Positions 55,873 to 64,000 of a stretch of 64,000 nucleotides of DNA are shown piece after piece (the stretch's first letter is position 1; each line of letters opens with the position of its first letter). The DNA is taken from assembly GCF_006345805.1 (NCBI RefSeq), contig NC_043007.1:65720001-65784000 (forward strand), given 5' to 3'. The notes beneath the pieces are model-generated. The model had not been told where the DNA came from and did no database searches. It saw nothing but the letters and a program-made list of their open reading frames with translations. Position numbers and translations under genes: made by a program. The stretch comes from Octopus sinensis. Taxonomy: Eukaryota.

Positions 55873-57906
55873 GCAGCAGCAACAGCAACAACAGCAGCAC
55901 CAACAACAACAGCAAAAAGGGGCGCTTGCTTATTTGATCGAATTCGTAGGAATGAAAACCAAAATCGAACCTAGCGGTATTTGAACCAAGGTGTCAAGAA
56001 GATATAACTGTATTGTCCGGCATGTTGCCATTCGACGTGCAGTCTAGGATGAGCGATGAAAACGTTAATTGAATATCTAAGAGAAAAAAAATAAACATTT
56101 ATTATCTCCCTTATTTCTGATGTTGCATCGTGGATTGAGTGCCGCATAATTTAAGTTGATCAGAATTTCAAATTTCAGTTCAGACACGGCCTAGAAACCA
56201 AAATAGATCGACAGTGACTTCAAAGTTTCGGTTGGCTCGCCATTGTGAGACTGTGCTTTAGGTTCTTTTTGAATTTATATAGACTTTGGCGAGTTCTATT
56301 TTTAATTTCAGTTATCAGGCTAAATGAATGATAATTAGAAGTGATGTAGGTAGAGATGGGGAGTGGTTATGTAGGGCAAGAGATAGGGGATGACAGGAGG
56401 AAAGTATTTGTTTGTAGGGTGAGGGTTGATGAAAAATTATCGTGAGGATACATATTTTCCTTAATGTAGAAATTTTGTTATTATTTAGGGCTCAGTCAGG
56501 CGTAGAAGCAAATGTCTGAAAAGATATGTCAAATTTAAGTCTCGGCGTTCTTTGTACAGAAAATTGGTGCTTGTGTTTTTTTTTTTTGTGGTTCACAAAA
56601 ATGTTTGTACATAAATCGGTTGCTCACATAAATATGCAAAAATCATATGTACAACTATGTGCGGACATGCATGTATATTGCTATGTTTATAGATAGTGCT
56701 TTACCCGTGGCTAACAGTTGTTTTGACTCTTATGTCTAGCAATGCGGGTACGGACTTGAATCCTTAGTTACTTTAGTGACGATTGTACTTGTGCCATATG
56801 GTTTTAAATTGCGACTAGCCACCTTAAAGATTTATAATTTTCACTTTACCATTTTACTGAATCAGCCACTGATTCCTATGGTATTTTCTATAAACTAACA
56901 AAGCGAGTTAGCTTGACTGTAGGCAATAGAGTAGTGCTACTGATGAGGATTAATTCTAACCGAAATCATCGATAATCTAACGCTCTCCCTTGTAGTAGGG
57001 AGGTTGTCTCCCTTGTCAGTCAATAGGTAGTGATTTGCCTGTGACTAAGAGATGTTTTGACTTGTATTTCTAGCAATGCTGGTGCGGATTTGCAACTTTA
57101 ACGACAGCAGCAGCAACAACAATAAGAACAACAATAACTCTTCTTTATAAACATGTTTTTCGGTCATTTTCTGATAAACAACGCTGCATTTTCCGTCTAC
57201 CAAATTCATTCAAAAGTCTGTGGCTGGCCTAAGAATATAGTAGAAAGCACTTGCCCAAGGTACTATGCTGAGGAACTGAACGTTGAACCATGTGGTTTGG
57301 AAGCAAACTTCTCAACCACACAGTCATTCTTGCATCTAATATGTGTATGTGTGTGTGTGTGTATTTACATTTGTTGTTAAATTGAGTGGTGTGTTCCACT
57401 GTTTCAAAGATAGCAGTTCATCAAGCAGCGATCTATAAAATATAAGCCAGATTGATATATGTACTGAGGTCAGTATGATCAATCAAATCTGATAACACCA
57501 CCACTAATTCAATCTCAGTCTGTATACTATATACTGTATGACCAGCCGATTTTTGTACAAACATACTTCTGTGGATCCAAAAGTACTGCAAACACCAACT
57601 TTCTGTATCTAAAATTTAGTGATCTAAAATTGGCACTTCCCACCCAGACCTTTAATTCCATGACTGACTGAACCCTAAATAATAACAAAATCCGCATTGC
57701 AAACCAAAATAACTATTCTCACCATAACTTTCTGTCAATCGAAACACATTCGTTCCTCCTATCCTCCTTTATTCCCTTCTCATACAAATATTTCCCCGAT
57801 CAATCTACAACACATCTAATTATGATTCACAATAGTTCCCCAAAATACAACACGCCAAAATTTATATAAAGCCAAACAAGAACTACGTTGTCTTGGTATA
57901 TAACTT

Positions 57907-57955
<49 letters not shown>

Positions 57956-57981
57956 GTATATATGTATCTCTCTCCCCTCTT

Positions 57982-58016
<35 letters not shown>

Positions 58017-58692
58017 ATATATATATTTATATATATATAAGCTGAAGTGAAGGCAGCATGTTCTTTGTCTATCTCCTTAACTTCTTGGATATTTTAAGTA
58101 AAATGAATTTAGTTCTATGTTTTTGTGCAGCTGAGGATTGCTCTGCATTTAACTTGATGTAATGTTTACATTGTTCAATTAAATGGAGTTGCATGAAATG
58201 ATGATACAGCATTACCTGCATATACATGCGTATATGGGTACAGGACGTCCAAAAAAACAAAATGAGAAACGAGAACATTAAAAATAAAACATTGGAAAAC
58301 GAATTTTTTTTCGAACAACGAAAGAAAGAAATAGAAAAACGAGACAGGCAACATAAAGAACATTCCTTTCATCAGTTGTCCCTTGTTTTATCTACACCGC
58401 GTTTCGAAGGTGGGGACAAGACGCGACTTCGTTAAAACAGTCCTTCCCGCAAAATAAAAATTTTGGATTTTTTGTGGAGGGTTAAAGAGGTAACAAAAGC
58501 AGGACAGTAAGAACAACCCCACCATATATATATATAGGTGCAGGAGCGACTGTGTGGTAAGTCGCTTGCTTACCAACCACATGGTTCCGGGTTCGGTTCC
58601 ACTACGTGGCACCTTGGGCAAGTGTCTTCTACTATAGCCGACTAAAGCTTTGTGAGTGGACTTGCTAGAAGGAAAGTGAAAGAAGCCCGTCG

Positions 58693-58726
<34 letters not shown>

Positions 58727-59079
58727 GTGTATGTGTGTGTGTGTGTGTGGTGTATGTGTGTGTGTGTGGAGGGGTATGTACACAGTATGTGTATTCTGTG
58801 TAGCCTATCAAATGAGAAGAGCAATGCCTTGGTGGGGCTGCTACGTTGTTGCTCGACCTGGTGGATAATTTAATCTAGTCTTGAAGACACACAGCCTTAA
58901 ACGTTACAAGAAACTTAAAATCAAGCCCTATTTCATTACTGGTGTACTTCACTAAAGCAACCTTTATCGATGTATATTGTGTATTTGCTTTTGCTTGAAA
59001 GTAAAATACTTTAACCGGCATCGTACATACCATAGACTCCACAACATTGGTATACACCTTTGAAGCTCCATATTTTGCT

Positions 59080-59650
59080 CTTGGAGGAAATCTGGTTTAA
59101 GCTTCCCATATCGCACCCTCATAACTGCTTTTGAATTTTCAGAAGATTTTTGACGAATTTGTGTTCTACACAGGGGAATTCATACGGTTATGAAAAAATG
59201 AAAATTTATTTTGTGTGTTTGTGATTGAAGGGTGATTTAGCCATTATTTTTTAGCACATCTCACGACCACCTCATACCTTCCTCGTTTCTTTGTCATTCT
59301 GACATGTATTGATGTTTTTCACTATTTTTCTTTCCTTAAACACATTTAATTGAATGATGATACACTCAAAGGTGACCCATTGCTGGGATTTAAGCAAAAA
59401 ATTCGAACTGCCCGTATTTTAAACTCTGATTAAAAAAAAAAAGAAAGAAAAAAAGAAAGACGAATTGAAAAAAGAGCGGAAATTTTAGGATTTATAGGGG
59501 AGGTCTTGAAAATTTTTTTACAATATTTCCTCTAATCGTATGAATTCCCGTATGTAGAACAAAAATTCGCAAGAACTTTCTGAAAATTCTAAACCATAAA
59601 AAATGTTGGAGGAGTTAAATGGGGTGCTTGAACCAGAATTTCGTCCTGCT
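59080..59650. repeat. Old inverted repeat (~115-bp arms) around an unrelated insert
   Basis: cgaatttgtgttctacacaggggaattcatacggtta vs reverse complement cgaatttttgttctacatacgggaattcatacgatta; similarity extends outward. Confidence 0.6.
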
Positions 59651-60382
59651 CTTTTACTCGGAAACTACTTTTTTCATCCCTCTATCTTAGGTTTCATTTA
59701 GTACCTTAATGAAATAGGCCAGGGTAAAAGAAATGCTCATCAACAAATCCAAAGATAGAAGCAAGGTATATAATGTAAATTCTAAATAAGTTTAGCACGG
59801 AATTTTGTCAGTGAACAGGGCGCGGTTTGAAAACGACGAAAATATTTTGAAAATTAAATTTAAAGGTTGAAGTGAATTTAACATTTTATTTTTTAAAATG
59901 GTTTATAAACACCTTCCACACTGCAATTGATTTTCTACTCACTATTACTGTTATGAAATACAGAGACTCCTGGAGAGTTTTGAGCATCATAATTTGTATC
60001 TAGTCACATTTTCTGGAACATTCTCTTAGTCTAATTGACAATTAGTCTAATTGTCGATTAAAGAATTGCTTCGAGTTTGAAATGAATAAGCAATTTTTTT
60101 TTGTGTGTGTGTGTGTGTGTGTGGTGTGTTGAGATATCCATTCTGACCATATTTTCAATTTAGTGTATTCGCTACCTAATAAATTCTTGATATCTTCTCC
60201 TTAATTTCAACGACAGACGTGACTGTGTGGTGTGAAGTTTGCTTCCCAACCACATGGTTCCAGGTTCAGTCCCATTGCGTGGTACTTTGGGCAAGTGTCT
60301 CTTACTATAGCCTCGACCAAAGCCTTGTGAGTGGATTTGGTAGACGGAAAACTGAAAAAGCCCATCGTATATATATATTATA

Positions 60383-60434
<52 letters not shown>

Positions 60435-60694
60435 CATAATATATATATTATATTAAAGGAAAAAGCAAAACCAAGTAGACGAGTATCTCAAGTCATTAGA
60501 TAATTTAATTAGGGTAGTGTGAATTTACCTATGATATATACTGGCATAACGGAGCTTTAATAAGGATTCCTAGATCCAGCCTCAGCTGTGAACTTGGAAC
60601 CTAACGAACGACCAACTATAGCATTTACTCCGCATACCTATTCGTTTAGATCACAAGTGAACTAAACCCCTCATATTCTCTATATTAATGTGTG

Positions 60695-60773
<79 letters not shown>

Positions 60774-60775
60774 TG

Positions 60776-61011
60776 TGTGTCTGGGGAGAGGCATCTCTCT
60801 TAGTGCCTTATTATTAACACACTCACCGGTAAAACTTCCACTTATTCTTATCTTTTCATTTTCTAAAATTTCTCTTGAGAATCAAGACTATTGAAGAGGT
60901 TGCAAGACGCAACGAAAATTTTAGAAGATAGAAAAATAAAAAATAAGTGGAAATTTTACCGGTGAGTGTGTTATATAATAAGGCACTAAGAGAAGACTCT
61001 CCCCAGACACA
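60776..61011. mobile_element. Foldback element beside (TA)n, ~97-bp arms, 41-nt spacer with a hammerhead-like motif
   Basis: tgtgtctggggagag..aacacactcaccggtaaaa.ttccacttatt..ctaaaattt mirrored at 60914-61011. Confidence 0.8.
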
Positions 61012-61127
61012 ACAGAATATGCTTCAACGCACGAACTCATATAAAGAATCTTGCAAACCGAATCCAAAACGAAATATATATATATATATTATATATAATA
61101 TATATATAGATATATATATATATATAT

Positions 61128-61512
61128 ACTAGCAGTATCGCCCGGCGTTGCTCAGGTTGTAAGGGAAATAACTATAAAACATTTTTAGAGAGTTATAGCC
61201 AAAAAATAGCAAAAAAATGGAAAAAAAATGATGGTAAATTTTTTTTTGAGAGTAAAAAAAGGTTGAGTTGCGTCCCCTAGACAGTCTGTGGTTTGTTTTT
61301 TTGATTCTCGACCCCATGTCGAATTTATCGATTTTTTCAGAACTGGGGGAACTTTTCAAATTTTCGCTGCGTTAGTTTTGAATTATGACATTGGGCTATG
61401 TGTGTGTCAAGTTTCATCAGAATCGGTTGAAAGCCGTGGTCAGGGTGAGGGTACGAGAAAACAGACACACAGAAACACGCACAGACAAACTGCCGTTTAT
61501 ATAGAGAGAGAT
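61128..61512 (+). mobile_element. Non-autonomous Helitron-like element, second copy
   Basis: Co-linear with 21374-21760; begins in a (TA)n tract. Confidence 0.65.
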
Positions 61513-62179
61513 ATATATGTATGTATATATGTGTGTGTGTGTCCTCCACACTTGACAACCGGTGTTGGTGTGTTTATGTTACTGTAACTTAGCGGTTCGG
61601 CCAAAGAGTCGATAGAATAAGTATCAGTCTTAAACAAAAATAAGTACTGGAGTCGATTCATTCCACTGCAAATTCTTTAAGGCAGTGCTCCAGCATGGCC
61701 GCAGTCTAATGGCCGAAACAAGAAAAAAGATAATAAAAATAAAACAGAGACAATAGCTAACCCTTATTTTTCGATTCAATAACTCTACCTTCATTATCGA
61801 TAAAAGCACCTAATTTCGTTCAGGTCTTTCTTTTTCCGACGTCTCTTTAAATACATGTTTTCCACCACGCCCTAACCTTTCTCCTTTTCTATTCAGATTT
61901 GTTTTACATCAACTCACTCAGATGTTCCCTGATTCCATGCTATTTTCCTATAGTTGCCTTCTATCAATTTATAATACATACAACTGATCCTTATACGTTT
62001 CCAGTTTTTAACATTTCTCTAATTTTCCGGTTCATCACTCTCACCTCTTACTCCATTTCTGTTGTTCTAGCATCATTAACAATAATTTGTTCATCACTTT
62101 TCACCCTAAGTTCATTTGGTTGCATCCGTGATTCACCTATTTTATCTGTCGTCGTGTATGTAGAGAATTGTCTATTGCC

Positions 62180-63355
62180 TCGCGTTTATTTAACATTATT
62201 CACCTCATCTCATCCATTTGTATATCTGTGAACGAAATTTCTCTTTTATTACTGCGATTTATTCTATTAAGTTACCAACGGAAATATTGCGCATTATTTT
62301 GTTCAACAATGACAGCATTCCTCCCACCCTCCTTTTCTCTCCTTCCTTCTACCATTCTCTCTCCTCTCTCTTTCACCTCCCTCTCTCACCTTTCTCTCTC
62401 TCTCTCTCTCTCTGATCGCACGTACTTCAACGGAAAACACGGTCTCCCTCCCTCTCTCTCTACATATATATACACCTACTTCCCCTTCTCTCACTTCAAA
62501 TTATTTCTCTCTTTCCATAATCTTGGCAAATCCTACATCCCGAAGCTTGTTGTCCCTTGTGTCTCTTTTATCATAGAAGCAGTTTTTGTCTTTATTCTCC
62601 ACTTATAATCAACTGCCATATCCGAGGTGTTATATTTAGAAAGCCTTTAAACATGCAACATCCATCAACGTACAGGGCTTGCTGCAACGATCTTTTATTA
62701 CAATCTCCAGTAAATTTACTAGTACGCCTCTAATCTGTATTTATCTGAATGTCCCACAACACAATGACATCATTGTATTCTATCAGCGTCCCTGGAGGGT
62801 ATCTGTAAACCACCATCCGAATAAAGTATGCTGTAATGTTTACAAATCTTTTTGTGAAGTCGGCTAGCAGTTCTGAATTGGCAGTAAATATTATTTGGAC
62901 TTTAAAATAACAGAGCAGTTTAACAGTATATGTGTCTTAATGTCTCATTGGAAATATTTCAGAGACAGTAAATAAGATTTATACGCTGATGTTTGGTTTA
63001 AAATATTTTCATGACAGCATAGACCTAACTACAAGTAACCAAATAATAGTATTAAAGTAATTGAAACATACAAGATATATATATATTTATTCTCTTTTAA
63101 TCTTCGCGTTTGACGTTATTCACCTCATCTCATCCATTTGTATATCTGTGAACGAAATTTCTCTTACATTACAGCGGTTTATTCTATTAGGCTACCAACG
63201 GAAACATTAGTCTCAAATTCTGGCACAAGGCCAGCAATTTCGGGGGATAAGTGGATTACACCTCGGCGGAATTTGAACTCAGAACGTAAAGACGGACGAC
63301 ATTATCAAAGGAAATATTGAGCATTATTTTGTTCAACAATGACAGAATATCTCCC
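62180..63355 (+). repeat. Dispersed direct repeat (~62180-62325 and ~63105-63355); the second copy carries a SINE insert
   Basis: ttattcacctcatctcatccatttgtatatctgtgaacgaaatttctctt occurs twice; gcattattttgttcaacaatgacag follows directly in copy 1 and after a ~110-nt insert in copy 2. Confidence 0.85.
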
Positions 63356-63721
63356 TTCATCCTTTTCTCTCTCTTCCTTTTTTCTCTTTCCTTCTCTTTC
63401 TCTCTTTTTCTCTCTGACATACACACGTGCACAGATGAGCTGGGTAGTGCAAAACCCAGGCAGGTTCCAAACTGCAGTCTTCAGTTGATAGTCACAGAGC
63501 TTTGTTCAATTTAGGATTTTAGCTATCCTTTCACTTTTACTTGCTTCAGTCATTAGAGGCCTTGAGGAATTTTAGTCAATTAATCGACCTCAGTTCTTGG
63601 GAGAGAGCGAAAAATCACCAGAAATATTTATGAAGAACAATAAATACACAACGACAGTGAGTCTAGTATAAGAATTAATTGGCAAAAAATATGCCCATCC
63701 CCAAATATGACAATGTATGTG

Positions 63722-63723
63722 TA

Positions 63724-63785
<62 letters not shown>

Positions 63786-63828
63786 GCTACCTACCTACTG
63801 TCTATCTATCTATCTATCTATCTATCTC

Positions 63829-63862
<34 letters not shown>

Positions 63863-63895
63863 TCTATCTATTATCTATCTACCTATCTATCTATT
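63722..63895. repeat. (TATC)n microsatellite
   Basis: Direct reading. Confidence 0.95.
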
Positions 63896-64000
63896 TTTTT
63901 CCAGAAATATCTGTCCCAAAAAACTATATAGAAAACCTCCTCGAAGAACACATCAAAGAAAGAGGAAGCCAAAACTTTCGACACAAGTAAGTAAACTCTC

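Noticed and set aside
56930-56980. CUGAUGA-GG..CC-GAAA-UCAUCGA-UA hammerhead core
   Set aside because: Stem II is only 2 bp and stem I does not pair; a match of this quality could arise by chance in 128 kb of two-strand sequence.

Overview
Repeat-dominated animal genomic DNA with no recognisable intact host protein-coding gene; almost all ORFs in the supplied track are translations of microsatellites. The SINE families and extreme (TA)n/(CA)n/(GATA)n/triplet density suggest an octopus/coleoid genome (inference). Supported content: decayed DNA transposons (mariner 18687-19970, rosa/maT-like 30459-31828, Tc1 53481-54719, a pogo/Tigger relic, a MULE 3' half, two TA-flanked MITEs, two Helitron-like non-autonomous copies); two different Penelope-like elements (PLEs, RT + GIY-YIG); HERO-like non-LTR fragments; and dozens of tRNA-headed SINEs from several families. 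The most interesting signal is a set of hammerhead ribozyme (HHR) folds found by eye. One lies in the 3' region of each PLE, and one of these has a compensatory A3-U8 core pair instead of C3-G8. Others lie in stand-alone foldback elements beside microsatellites. All coordinates, translations and pairings were read manually; ends of decayed elements are approximate.
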